A stretch of 64,000 bases of DNA, taken from NCBI RefSeq assembly GCF_036702645.1, contig NZ_JAUBUO010000016.1:28186-92185 (forward strand), given 5' to 3'. The notes under the pieces were generated by a model. The model made no database searches, was not told the origin of the DNA, and was given only the letters and a program-made list of their open reading frames with translations. The DNA comes from Microcoleus sp. Aus8_D1 (GTDB taxonomy: Bacteria; Cyanobacteriota; Cyanobacteriia; Cyanobacteriales; Microcoleaceae). The position numbers and the translations under genes were made by a program. Below, one piece after another: positions 1-9,876 of this stretch. Position 1 is the first letter of the stretch. Each line of letters begins with the position of its first letter.

Positions 1-1
1 T

Positions 2-544
2 TTGGAATCATTTAAACAGCTTTTAGCAGAATGTGGCTGGATTATTCCATTTCAGAAAGTTTGCTATGTGTGCGATCGCCCAACCAAACTCTCCCTCGAC
101 AGCGAGTACCGCCTGCACGCAGAAGCCGAAAGCGCGATCGAATTTAGCGACGGTTACAAACTCTATTCCTACCACGGCGTAACTTTGCCCGAAAAATACG
201 GACAAGTTCACCCCAGTCAATGGGAAGCTACCTGGATTTTAGCAGAAGACAATGCTGAATTAAGGCGAGTCTTAATTCAGGGAATTGGCTACGCCCGAAT
301 TTGCCAAGAATTGCAAGCAACAGATTTAGATACTTGGCAAGAATACACGCTGCTAAGAATTGATGTTGATATTGATGGCTTCAATCCACAGGAAAAAGAG
401 CCAATTTATCTGTTAAAAATGACTTGTCCGAGCACCGGATTCATTCACGCTTTGCGGGTTCCGCCTGATATGCAATCTGCAAGGGAAGCGATTCGCTGGG
501 TAAATTGGGATGTCGATTATGAGGAGTTTTCGGTGCAAACTTGA
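2..544 (+). CDS. Partial (5'-truncated by window) member of a local paralog family; shared ~175-aa C-terminal domain of unknown function (CGWIxPxxxVCxVCxxP ... MTCPSTGFIHALRVPPD ... AIRWVNW)
   Basis: C-terminal 175 aa are nearly identical in motif order to the C-termini of ORFs 1274..2410 and 2580..4691; conserved Cys pairs; same strand, tandem. Confidence 0.6.
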   Translation: MESFKQLLAECGWIIPFQKVCYVCDRPTKLSLDSEYRLHAEAESAIEFSDGYKLYSYHGVTLPEKYGQVHPSQWEATWILAEDNAELRRVLIQGIGYARICQELQATDLDTWQEYTLLRIDVDIDGFNPQEKEPIYLLKMTCPSTGFIHALRVPPDMQSAREAIRWVNWDVDYEEFSVQT

Positions 545-876
545 AGTTTGGGGCGATAATAGTCACCAGTTTAAACCGCGATTCAAATTAACCGTAATTC
601 CTGTAGGGGCCCGTGAGCCAACAACCTCCAACTCCCACCGACAATCTACATAAACCCGCCCCCACCCAGCCGACTTTCTCGAAACTGGCATCAATTATAG
701 CATTTCTGTTTCCGTCGATCGCACTTTCACCCTCGAACCAAACCCCTGTCACTGTACCAAACAGTTATGGAATATGGTTTCTAGATCCCCTTGACGCTCC
801 TGTATTACCAATGTAGTATAAAATGGTGGTAGAAAAGCCCGATCGACAATACCAATCTCGGACGCACCAACAGGCC

Positions 877-943
877 TAGAAACCGGGTTTTTATCGAGAT
901 TAAAGGCTCGAATCGAGTATTTTCTCCAAAAACCCGGTTTCTG
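877..943. repeat. MITE-like hairpin element, family A (AGAAACCGGGTTTTT ... AAAAACCCGGTTTCT termini, ~67 bp)
   Basis: Seven copies in the window, in both orientations. Confidence 0.8.
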
Positions 944-993
944 ACTGCCCGTGCATCCCAGACAAACCAGCAAACAAAAATTAGAAAAAACCT

Positions 994-1287
994 ATGCAAC
1001 CGATCCGACAAGGCGACGTAATTCTCACCCCGGTACAGCAAATCGCAGGAGACAAAAAACCTCACCTCACCCTCGCCGAAGGTGAAGTCACGGGACATTC
1101 TCACCGCATCATTGAGGGACAAGCTGAACTTTACGAAAAAGACGGTACTCTGTACTTGCGAGTGCTTTCGCCCACAGCTTTATTGAGTCACGAAGAGCAC
1201 CGCGCGATCGCCATTCCTGAAGGTAATTGGATGGTGCGAATTCAGCGGGAATACGAGCCACAAGGTTGGCGGTATGTCTCAGACTAA
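994..1287 (+). CDS. Small hypothetical protein (97 aa), overlaps start of next gene by 14 nt (ATGTCTCAGACTAA)
   Basis: Clean ORF, protein-like composition, translational-coupling-type overlap with 1274..2410. Confidence 0.4.
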   Translation: MQPIRQGDVILTPVQQIAGDKKPHLTLAEGEVTGHSHRIIEGQAELYEKDGTLYLRVLSPTALLSHEEHRAIAIPEGNWMVRIQREYEPQGWRYVSD

Positions 1288-2410
1288 GGTTAAAAAACTT
1301 ACGCCAGCACAAGAAACTCAGATTCCAGTTTATCGCGAAAAGTGGAGGGCGAGATCGCTTTCCACAGGCCCGATCGCTCGATCGCACGCTGCGGAAACCA
1401 TTAAACTAGCTTACAGGGCGATCGGCTTCCCAGCACCAGAAATCATTTTTGTCGATCGTCCTTACCAAGCTGCGAATATCATCGCCAGCCACGCAGACAA
1501 ACCGAGAAGTCACCTCCGCAGCCAATTAGAAAGCAAACTGCGCTGCGAACTCGAAAAACAACTGCTAAGTTGTCTGCGCGGACAACTAGAAAGCCAGCTA
1601 AAACGTCAGCTACAAAATCAACTCGAAAATGAACTTTACACCCAACTGCAAAGCCAACTGTGGAGTCCCCTGCGCGAGCATTTAGCGATGGAAATAGCGA
1701 GCAAATTACCGAACGATTTGAGCGGACAGCGGGCGCGATATTTGCAGTACGCCCATCTCAACAAACAACTAGATAATTGCATTCAACCAGAGTTATGGGC
1801 TGGTAGCGGCAGTTTGTTAGATTTTTGCATTTCCGTGTTGAATTGCACCCACTCCTACGGCAATATCTGGACAATCTTTCAATCCCTTGTTAAGACTTGC
1901 GGCTGGATTTTTCCCTATGACAAAGTTTGTGTTGTGTGCGAAAAGCCGATCGTACTTTCCGCAGACAGCAACCACCGCCTCCACGCAGAAGCAGCACCAG
2001 CCGTACAATTTGCCGACGGTTTTGCAATTTACGCCTATCACGGCGTGATTTTACCCGAATGGTACGGCCGCCTGCACCCCCACGAGTGGCAGTCTAAATG
2101 GATACTCAAGGAACACAACGCAGAGGTTCGGCGGGCGTTAATTCAGGGCATCGGGTGCGATCGTATTTGTCAAGAACTAGCAGCCACAGAATTAGACACT
2201 TGGCAGGAATATACCCTATTAAAAATGGATTTTGAGGACGATTTCGATACCGCTGGGAACCCATTACCAGTTGTTTTGTTAAAAATGACCTGTCCGAGCA
2301 CAGGATTCATTCATGCGCTGCGAGTGCCTCCTGATGTGCGATCGGCTAAAGAAGCAATTCGCTGGGTAAATTGGGGAATAGAGCCTGACGAATTTTCTGT
2401 GCAAACTTAA
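1274..2410 (+). CDS. Paralog family protein: unique N-terminal region plus the shared C-terminal domain
   Basis: C-terminal ~175 aa alignable to 2..544 and 2580..4691 (VCVVCEKP...HAEAAPAVQFADGF...MTCPSTGFIHALRVPPDVRSAKEAIRWVNW). Confidence 0.65.
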   Translation: MSQTKVKKLTPAQETQIPVYREKWRARSLSTGPIARSHAAETIKLAYRAIGFPAPEIIFVDRPYQAANIIASHADKPRSHLRSQLESKLRCELEKQLLSCLRGQLESQLKRQLQNQLENELYTQLQSQLWSPLREHLAMEIASKLPNDLSGQRARYLQYAHLNKQLDNCIQPELWAGSGSLLDFCISVLNCTHSYGNIWTIFQSLVKTCGWIFPYDKVCVVCEKPIVLSADSNHRLHAEAAPAVQFADGFAIYAYHGVILPEWYGRLHPHEWQSKWILKEHNAEVRRALIQGIGCDRICQELAATELDTWQEYTLLKMDFEDDFDTAGNPLPVVLLKMTCPSTGFIHALRVPPDVRSAKEAIRWVNWGIEPDEFSVQT

Positions 2411-2460
2411 AACTCCCCAACCCTGTTTAACAAGTACAGTCCTCGACTCACCAAGATCCA

Positions 2461-2527
2461 AGAAACCGGGTTTTTTCGTTAATCTGCCGGCTGCATCGAA
2501 TAATCTTCGTAAAAAACCCGGTTTCTG
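2461..2527. repeat. Family A hairpin element
   Basis: agaaaccgggttttttcgttaatctgccggctgcatcgaataatcttcgtaaaaaacccggtttct. Confidence 0.8.
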
Positions 2528-2579
2528 GCCACCCGTGCGTAAGTCCTAGTCTGATATTCTCCTAATTTACAACAATTTT

Positions 2580-4691
2580 ATGTCAGAACAACAACCAAAA
2601 CCATCGATAACTTTCAACAGCTTTGCAGACTGGTGCTTGCACAAAGATAGCCTTTGTGAAGCAGCCAAACATACAGTTGAGGAACTGTTAAAGTGGGCGG
2701 GCACTTCTGACATTAATGAAGCGAACCAGATACTATCAAGTAAGAATAAACTAGACCTGCATGGCAATAAAATATCAGACCTCGCACCCCTGCAATCTTT
2801 GACTCATTTAGTTTATCTGGATCTGCATGGCAATAAAATATCAGACCTCACACCGCTGCAATCTCTGACTAATTTGACTTCGCTGTCTCTAAACCACAAT
2901 CAAATATCAGACCTTACATCCCTGCAATCTCTCACGAATTTGACTTCTCTGACTCTGTACAACAATAAAATATCAGACCTCACACCGCTGCAATCTCTGA
3001 CTAATTTGACTTCGCTGTCTCTAGACCACAATCAAATATCAGACCTCACATCCCTGCAATCTTTGACTAATTTGACTTCTCTGACTCTGGGCGAAAATAA
3101 AATATCAGACCTCACACCCCTGCAATCTTTGACTAATTTGATTTTGCTGTTTCTGAACCGCAATAAAATATCAAGCCTCACACCACTACAATCTCTCACG
3201 AGTTTGACTTCTCTGACTCTCGGCCACAATCAAATATCGGACATCACACCCCTACAATCTTTGACTAATTTGACTTTTCTGTCTTTGGGGCGCAATCAAA
3301 TATCAGACATCACGCACTTGCAATCTCTGACTAATTTGACTCGTCTTAATCTGGGCCAAAATCAAATATCAGACATCACAGACTTGCAATCTCTGACTAA
3401 TTTGACCGATCTGGTTCTCGATAGCGATCAAATATCAGACATCACGCACTTGCAATCTCTGACTACTTTGACTCGTCTTAATCTGGGCGAAAATCAAATA
3501 TCAAACATCACATTCCTGCAATTTCTGACTAATTTGACCGATCTGGAACTGCGCGAAAATCAAATATCAGATATAACATCCCTGAAATATCTGACTAATT
3601 TGACTTATCTGAATTTGGCAAACAATCCAATATCAGATATCGCACAGCTACAATATCTCACTCGTTTGAAGGATTTGACTTTAAACCTTACATCCCAACA
3701 CCAAGCTATCATCGAAATTTGCCGTCAAAAGTGGGGAATTCTCGCCAACTCTACCGAACCAATAAAGCACTCCAAAGCCTCAAATGCCCTTAAAACAGTC
3801 TGCGATTGTCTGGATTTAAAAACCCCAGAAATAACTTTTTGCAGTAGCCCGCATGAAGCGTACTTGCGATTAGAAAGGTCTAAACAAAAAGATAATGAGT
3901 TTAAAATACAACTCGATCGACGGCTCGATTCTGCTTGTTTTCCATTTACATTAATAACAGAATTATGGTTGGGACTTTCACGATCGCTCGAATGGGAAAG
4001 ACAGCTAGAACAACAATTGAAATCGATATTCCCCGACTTGTGGCGCGACTATCGGAGATACTCAACAATGTCGATCGTTACTCCAAAATACTTGGCTGAA
4101 GATCTAGCTATGGCTGAATTCTGTGTTTCTGCTTTGGGCATGATTCTTAAACCAGAGTCAGAAAAATTTTTTGAATCTCTAAAGCAGCTTTTAGTAGAAT
4201 GCGGCTGGATTTTTGCGTTTGAGAATGTCTGCTATGTGTGCTCGCGCCCCATCAAACTTTCCCTCGATCGCGAATACCGCCTCCATGCAGAAGGGGAAAG
4301 CGCGATCGAATTTGCCGACGGCTACAAAATCTATTCATATCACGGTGTAACATTACCTGAAAAATACGGACAAATTCACCCCAAAATTTGGGAAGCAAAA
4401 TGGCTTTTAGAGGAAGAAAATGCTGAACTCAGGCGAGTATTAATTCAAGGTATTAGTTATGCTAGAATTTGCTCCGAATTGCAAGCAACCGAATTAGATT
4501 CGTGGCAAGAATACACTTTACTACAAATCGAAAATGCTGATGTTGAGCCGATTCATCTGTTAAAAATGACTTGTCCGAGCACGGGATTCATTCATGCGTT
4601 GCGAGTGCCGCCGGATCTGACATCCGCCCGCGAGGCAATTCGCTGGGTAAATTGGGACATTGACTCAGACGAATTTTCCGTGCAAACTTGA
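2580..4691 (+). CDS. Leucine-rich-repeat protein (~20 tandem 22-aa LRRs, consensus NKISDLTPLQSLTNLTSLxL) fused to the shared C-terminal paralog domain
   Basis: 66-bp periodicity visible in DNA 2750..3660; internalin-like LRR consensus; C-terminal 175 aa match the paralog domain. Confidence 0.8.
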   Translation: MSEQQPKPSITFNSFADWCLHKDSLCEAAKHTVEELLKWAGTSDINEANQILSSKNKLDLHGNKISDLAPLQSLTHLVYLDLHGNKISDLTPLQSLTNLTSLSLNHNQISDLTSLQSLTNLTSLTLYNNKISDLTPLQSLTNLTSLSLDHNQISDLTSLQSLTNLTSLTLGENKISDLTPLQSLTNLILLFLNRNKISSLTPLQSLTSLTSLTLGHNQISDITPLQSLTNLTFLSLGRNQISDITHLQSLTNLTRLNLGQNQISDITDLQSLTNLTDLVLDSDQISDITHLQSLTTLTRLNLGENQISNITFLQFLTNLTDLELRENQISDITSLKYLTNLTYLNLANNPISDIAQLQYLTRLKDLTLNLTSQHQAIIEICRQKWGILANSTEPIKHSKASNALKTVCDCLDLKTPEITFCSSPHEAYLRLERSKQKDNEFKIQLDRRLDSACFPFTLITELWLGLSRSLEWERQLEQQLKSIFPDLWRDYRRYSTMSIVTPKYLAEDLAMAEFCVSALGMILKPESEKFFESLKQLLVECGWIFAFENVCYVCSRPIKLSLDREYRLHAEGESAIEFADGYKIYSYHGVTLPEKYGQIHPKIWEAKWLLEEENAELRRVLIQGISYARICSELQATELDSWQEYTLLQIENADVEPIHLLKMTCPSTGFIHALRVPPDLTSAREAIRWVNWDIDSDEFSVQT

Positions 4692-4757
4692 AAGCAAGCA
4701 GCAGCAATATAATTTCCGATTGTTAGTTCATGAGGATGATTTTAGGAGTTCTGATTT

Positions 4758-5321
4758 ATGGTAGTTGCAGCCAAGTTAACGATTTCTATTGCAGAGTTTT
4801 TGCAGTTGCCAGAAACTAAACCGGCAAGCGAGTACATCGACGGTCAAATTTCTCAAAAACCCATGCCGCAAGGAAAACATAGCAAACTTCAAGATGAGTT
4901 ATTGTCCGGGATTAATCGGGTGGGAAAACCTGGCAAACTAGCTCATGCTTTTCCCGAGTTGCGCTGTACGTTTGGGGGTCGATCGATCGTTCCCGATATT
5001 GCTGTTTTTGAATGGTCGAGAATTCCTCTTGATGAAGATGGAGAAATTGCCAACCGTATTGAAGTTGCACCGGATTGGATAATAGAAATTCTGTCACCAG
5101 ACCAATCTCCGAATCAGGTAATTAAGAAAATTGTTTTTTCGATTAATCACGGCACTAAATTGGGTTGGTTTGCAGATCCGGGCGATAAATCAGTAATAGT
5201 TTTTCAGCCGAATCAACTGCCTGAATTTAAATCAGATACCGATATTTTACCTGTTCTCAGCGTATTGGGTGATTGGCAGTTATCCGCAGCCGAGTTGTTT
5301 AGTTGGTTGAAGATTAATTGA
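4758..5321 (+). CDS. Uma2-family (DUF820) putative restriction-endonuclease-like protein
   Basis: N-terminal ISIAEFLQLPETKPASEYIDGQI and PD-(D/E)xK-like PDIAVF...EIxEILSP core typical of cyanobacterial Uma2 proteins. Confidence 0.75.
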   Translation: MVVAAKLTISIAEFLQLPETKPASEYIDGQISQKPMPQGKHSKLQDELLSGINRVGKPGKLAHAFPELRCTFGGRSIVPDIAVFEWSRIPLDEDGEIANRIEVAPDWIIEILSPDQSPNQVIKKIVFSINHGTKLGWFADPGDKSVIVFQPNQLPEFKSDTDILPVLSVLGDWQLSAAELFSWLKIN

Positions 5322-5334
5322 TTTAATAAGCCTC

Positions 5335-5660
5335 GCGCCGGACACGGCAGTGCCGTTTCCCTACTCGATTATGTTGTTAAAAGCAGAACTCCACGCCGGA
5401 CGCGGCAGTGCCGTTTCCCTACCCGATTATGTTGTTAAAAGCAGAACCCTACGCCGGACACGGCAGTGCCGTTTCCCTACCCGATTATGTTGTTAAAAGC
5501 AGAACCCCACGCCGGACGCGGCAGTGCCGTTTCCCTACCCGATTATGTTGTTAAAAGCAGAACCCTACGCCGGACACGGCACTGCCGTTTCCCTACCCGA
5601 TTATGTTGTTAAAAGCAGAACCCCACGCCGGACATGGCAGTGCCGTTTCCCTACAGAAAC
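5335..5660. repeat. Tandem direct repeat, ~60-bp unit x ~5.5 (cgccggacacggcagtgccgtttccctacccgattatgttgttaaaagcagaaccccA)
   Basis: Read directly; units abut with no spacers; a few point differences between copies. Confidence 0.9.
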
Positions 5661-6027
5661 TGCTATCTTGGCAAAAATCTTAATCCATAAAACTCTAATC
5701 AATATTCGCCCTGTGCCAGTTAAAATGGTGGAATGCCCAAACCATCAATTTAGCAAAAACTGTTAATAACATAAGAAAGAAGCCCACCTTCAGTCAAAGG
5801 TGAGCTAAATTCATGCCAGCTTACCGAAAGCTAGGCAATCGGGTCTCTAAGCCGATTGACGTAAAAGTTGAGAAAAAGATCCAAATCTTCCGGAAAAACT
5901 TATCCCCAACAATTAAGCTTCAGTTTACCCAAGCAGATCGGGAAAATTTCGCACACAGCGATGTTCCCCTGAAAGTGGGGAAATGCTGGGGCTTTATTTT
6001 GGCCAGCAATCCCCAATCTCAAAGGGT

Positions 6028-6873
6028 TTAAGCATCGTGATCGTGAGCGAAGCGGCGGAAGAGGAAGTCTAGGGCGTAGTTCCGCAAGTTGTAATATTCG
6101 GGATCTTCCATCATTTGTACCCGATCGCGCGGACGAGGAAAAGGAATCTCCAGAACCTCGCCAATCGTTGCTGACGGGCCGTTGGTCATCATCACGAGTC
6201 GATCGGCCAAAAACAGCGCTTCGTCAATATCGTGAGTAATCATCAACACCGTACAGCGGTGATCGTTCCAGATTTTCAGCAACTCTTCCTGCAATTCTTC
6301 CTTGGTAATTGCGTCCAAAGCACCGAAAGGTTCGTCTAAAATCAGCACCTTGGGGCGAATTGCTAAGGCGCGGGCGATGGACACCCGCTGCTTCATCCCC
6401 CCAGAAATTTGCGGAGGTCTTTTCTCAGAAGCTTCTGTCAGTCCCACCATCGCCAAATGCTCTTTGACGATCTCATTTTTCTCGGCCTGCGACTTCTCAG
6501 GAAATACAGCGTTAACGGCAATATAAACATTCTCAAACACCGTGCGCCAAGGCAGCAAAGCGTAACCCTGAAACACTACCATGCGATCGGGGCCCGGCTT
6601 CACAATCCGCTGCCCGTTAATCGACACTGTGCCGTCGCTGGGATGGCTAAAACCGGACACCATATTTAATAGTGTGGACTTCCCACAGCCCGAGTGTCCG
6701 ATCAGAGTAATAAACTCTCCCTCAGCTACGGTCAAGTTAACGTTTTCTAATGCCCTGTAACCGTTTGGATAGACTTTATAAACATTGTCCATCACCAAAA
6801 AAGGCTGGCGGCGATCTTTCTTAGACTTGATTTGGGTTTTGGTGCTTGTCTGGTTGACAGAAGTATTAATCAT
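6028..6873 (-). CDS. nrtD/cmpD: Nitrate/bicarbonate ABC transporter ATP-binding subunit (NrtD/CmpD type)
   Basis: Walker A GHSGCGKST, signature ISGGMKQRVSIARAL, Walker B ILILDEPFGALD; last gene of the A-B-C-D operon. Confidence 0.85.
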   Translation of the reverse strand: MINTSVNQTSTKTQIKSKKDRRQPFLVMDNVYKVYPNGYRALENVNLTVAEGEFITLIGHSGCGKSTLLNMVSGFSHPSDGTVSINGQRIVKPGPDRMVVFQGYALLPWRTVFENVYIAVNAVFPEKSQAEKNEIVKEHLAMVGLTEASEKRPPQISGGMKQRVSIARALAIRPKVLILDEPFGALDAITKEELQEELLKIWNDHRCTVLMITHDIDEALFLADRLVMMTNGPSATIGEVLEIPFPRPRDRVQMMEDPEYYNLRNYALDFLFRRFAHDHDA

Positions 6874-7087
6874 GGGTTTAGGAAATTGTTAGTGGGTGAT
6901 TAGCGATAGCAAATAATCGAGTTTTGAATGGTTAGTTTGTCGCCAGTGCTAAAGAGTAGACTTGAATTGCATAAATCTTTGATTGATAGATTAACCGCAT
7001 ATCTAGCAACCGATGAAAGTAGATTAGGACAAATTGTAGCGATCGTACATTTTTATTTGTGGTGGGGTTCGCGTCACAAATAAATAT

Positions 7088-7285
7088 CCCAAAATCCTGT
7101 AGGGGCGGGTTCACCAACTATCTATGAAACCCACAAACAATCTCATAAACCCGCCCCATCCACGCCATTATTTACATCAACATTTTACCAATAAATTCAC
7201 CGTACATTTTTATTGTTGGTGGGTGGGGGCGGGTTTATGAGCTCATTTATTTTTACCATAAATTGTTGGCGAACCCGCCCCTACC
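7088..7285. repeat. MITE-like element, family B (~195 bp, TIR GTAGGGGCGGGTTCACC ... GGCGAACCCGCCCCTAC), inserted between transporter genes C and D
   Basis: Near-identical full copy at 22162..22368; partial copies at 594..690, 17545..17650, 47700..47775. Confidence 0.8.
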
Positions 7286-7493
7286 AATTGGGTCTATCGT
7301 AATATCATAACTACCTTTCCGGTTGCTATGTAAGGCAGATGCAACACAAATTAACGCAGATGCATTTCAAGAAGAGCGATCGAATGAATGCAATTGCTCG
7401 TCTAGTTTTTTGTAGGTGGGATTTAGGGACTCAACCCAACCTACAAATTACTTTTTTCTACCTCAAAACTGGCCACTCAAAATAACACACTTC

Positions 7494-9494
7494 CTAAGCA
7501 GCTCTGCGACGCGCATCCAGTACCACTTCAGCCATCGTGAAATCGCGTTTAATCGCCAGATTGTTGAGATAGCCGATCGGATCTTCAGCATTAAACACCG
7601 AGCCGTCAAACAAACGCAGAGAACCCCGATTGTAAGTAATGTCAGACATCCCCAACTCTCGCGCCGCCGTGCTGAAAGCGCCAACTCGTACCACCCGCTC
7701 CAGAATTTCCACCCAGTTGCGGGGGAACACAGTATCGCCCCAACGCGCCATCTGCACCATGTGCCATAGTTGTTCGGTGCGACTTGGGCGGTTCACCCCG
7801 TCTCCGGAAAACAAGTGGTGGGCGTATTCCCGCATTGGAGAATCCAGGTTGCAAACAGTAGTGCTGGGATCGCCGAGTTGGATGAAACTCTTATCAGTAG
7901 CGACGTATTCCCGTCCCGCGACAATCTCCGCAACCTCTTGGGAGTGGCTCGGATCGGCGCAATAGTGGGAAGCTTCCAGCAAAGCTTTGACTAGAGCAAT
8001 GTGAGTGTTGGGATAAGCATTCGCCCACTCTTCCCGAACTCCGAGAATTTTTGCAGGGTGTCCGGGCCACAGTTCCAAATCCGTCGCCACGGTAAAGCCG
8101 ACTCCTTCCATCGAGGCCCGCAAGTTCCAAGGTTCCCCAACGCAGAACCCGTCAATCGTGCCGCCTTGCAAGTCCACGATCATCTGGGCCGGAGGGAGGT
8201 TTTTGAGCAACACATCGCGATCGGGGTCAATGCCGCCGGAAGCTAGCCAGTAGCGCAGCAGCAGGTTGTGCATCGATGAAGGGTGAACGATGCCCATGCG
8301 GTGGGTTTGCGCGGGGGTTCTGCGCAGCATTTCTTTGAAATCTGCCAGAGTGTAAATCCCTTGGTCGTAAAAGCGCCGAGCTAGGGTAATTCCGTTGCCG
8401 TTGCGGCTCATGGTGAGGGCTGTAACGGTCGGTATCGGTTGCTCTTGGTGGCCTCCCAAGCTCAACCACATCGCCATCCCAGAGGGCATTTGCGCTGCGT
8501 CTAAGTAACCTGCGGCGATGCCGTCTACGATGCCGCGCCAGCTTGTTTCCCGCACGAGGTGGACTTCATCGAGTCCGTGTTTGGCAAATAAGCCTTTTTC
8601 TTTGGCGATCGCTAGGGGAGCGCAGGCTGCTAGGGGGATAAAGCCGAGTTCCAGGTTGACTTTTTCTAGGCCGTGGCGGGCGATCGCCGGTACTTTCCGC
8701 GCCCGCAGTTTTTTGACTCGTTTCTGCTGGTTGAGGAAGTAAATCATTTCGCTGCGCAGGGCGTAGTAGCTGGGGTGCGATACTACATCCATGCGTATGC
8801 GCGGGCGGGGGATGTCTACTTCGAGGATGCCGCCAATCTTCGATTCTGGGCCGTTGGTGAGCATGACGATGCGATCGCTCAGCAGCACCGCTTCATCCAC
8901 ATCGTGCGTTACCATCAGGGCGCTGATTTGGTACTCTTGGCAGATTTCCATCAACTTTTCTTGCAAGTTGCCGCGAGTCAAAGCGTCTAGGGCGCCGAAG
9001 GGTTCGTCTAAGAGTAACAGTTTGGGGCGCAGGGCCAAAGCACGGGCGATCGCCACGCGCTGTTTTTGTCCGCCGGAGAGGAGTGCCGGTTGCTTCTCGG
9101 CGTGGGGCGTCAAGCCCACCATGTCGATGTGTTTTTGGATGATGTCGAGGCGTTCGGCTTTACCTAAGCCGCTCATTACTGAGTCTACGGCGAGGGTAAT
9201 ATTTTCTCTGACAGTCCGCCAAGGTAGCAGCGAATAGTTTTGGAATACTACCATGCGATCGGGCCCGGGCTGGGTGATTCTTTGTCCGTCGATCGTCACC
9301 AATCCTTCTGTGGGCAAATCCAAACCTGCCACCATATTTAGGAGCGTAGATTTGCCGCACCCCGAGTGTCCGACTAAGGAGATGAATTCTCCTTTTTCAA
9401 TTTCTAAGTCGATGCCTTTGAGGGCTATGTATGTGCCGCCGTCTGATAAATTAAATGTTTTTCCGACTTGATCTACCGCAATCAAAACTGACAT
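7494..9494 (-). CDS. nrtC/cmpC: Nitrate/bicarbonate ABC transporter ATPase with C-terminal NrtA-like solute-binding domain (NrtC/CmpC type)
   Basis: N-terminal ABC ATPase (GHSGCGKST, LSGGQKQRVAIARAL, LLLLDEPFGALD) plus ~380-aa C-terminal domain homologous to the periplasmic binding protein. Confidence 0.85.
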   Translation of the reverse strand: MSVLIAVDQVGKTFNLSDGGTYIALKGIDLEIEKGEFISLVGHSGCGKSTLLNMVAGLDLPTEGLVTIDGQRITQPGPDRMVVFQNYSLLPWRTVRENITLAVDSVMSGLGKAERLDIIQKHIDMVGLTPHAEKQPALLSGGQKQRVAIARALALRPKLLLLDEPFGALDALTRGNLQEKLMEICQEYQISALMVTHDVDEAVLLSDRIVMLTNGPESKIGGILEVDIPRPRIRMDVVSHPSYYALRSEMIYFLNQQKRVKKLRARKVPAIARHGLEKVNLELGFIPLAACAPLAIAKEKGLFAKHGLDEVHLVRETSWRGIVDGIAAGYLDAAQMPSGMAMWLSLGGHQEQPIPTVTALTMSRNGNGITLARRFYDQGIYTLADFKEMLRRTPAQTHRMGIVHPSSMHNLLLRYWLASGGIDPDRDVLLKNLPPAQMIVDLQGGTIDGFCVGEPWNLRASMEGVGFTVATDLELWPGHPAKILGVREEWANAYPNTHIALVKALLEASHYCADPSHSQEVAEIVAGREYVATDKSFIQLGDPSTTVCNLDSPMREYAHHLFSGDGVNRPSRTEQLWHMVQMARWGDTVFPRNWVEILERVVRVGAFSTAARELGMSDITYNRGSLRLFDGSVFNAEDPIGYLNNLAIKRDFTMAEVVLDARRRAA

Positions 9495-9761
9495 GGTTTT
9501 CTTGCCTTTTTTGTAGGTTTGTCCTTGATTTTTTGATTAATGATTCTTGACTGTTGACTCTTAGCTGTTATCTTAGTGCCGATCGCTCAACTGCCATAAT
9601 AATATTGGTTCTATCGTTCGGACTTCAGTCTTCTTTAAAGACTGAGGAACCGTTTTTCGATAGCGAGGAATTCAGTTCTCTTACAAAGGTTAAGGACTGA
9701 AGTCATGACTGCGAACCAAATTGCAGTTATTTTACCGGACTTGATCTTAGCTTTTAGCTAA

Positions 9762-9873
9762 CAACTGACAACTGCCAACTGACAACTGACAACTGACAAC
9801 TAACAACTGACAACTGCCAACTGCCAACTGACAACTGACAACTGTCAACTGACAACTGTCAACTGACAACTGT
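9762..9873. repeat. STRR heptamer array (CAACTGA/CAACTGC/CAACTGT x ~16)
   Basis: Read directly; same heptamer family again at 52833..52947. Confidence 0.9.
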
Positions 9874-9876
9874 TAG

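Noticed and set aside
613-816. 67-aa ORF (MSQQPPTPTDN…)
   Set aside because: Lies within a partial family-B MITE copy and a low-complexity Pro/Thr-rich translation; no support as a gene.
5335-5660. Possible CRISPR array (regular ~60-bp periodicity)
   Set aside because: The whole 60-bp unit repeats with no unique spacers and no cas genes nearby; it is a tandem minisatellite, not repeat-spacer architecture.
5524-5766. 80-aa ORF spanning the 60-bp tandem array
   Set aside because: Reading frame is generated by the repeat itself.
7639-9471. Many 60-150-aa ORFs on both strands inside the nrtC/cmpC gene (e.g. 8791..9237, 8673..8990, 7894..8130)
   Set aside because: They overlap, in antisense or alternative frames, a gene with unambiguous ABC-transporter motifs. 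They have Arg/Ser/Pro-rich compositions typical of off-frame translation of GC-rich DNA.
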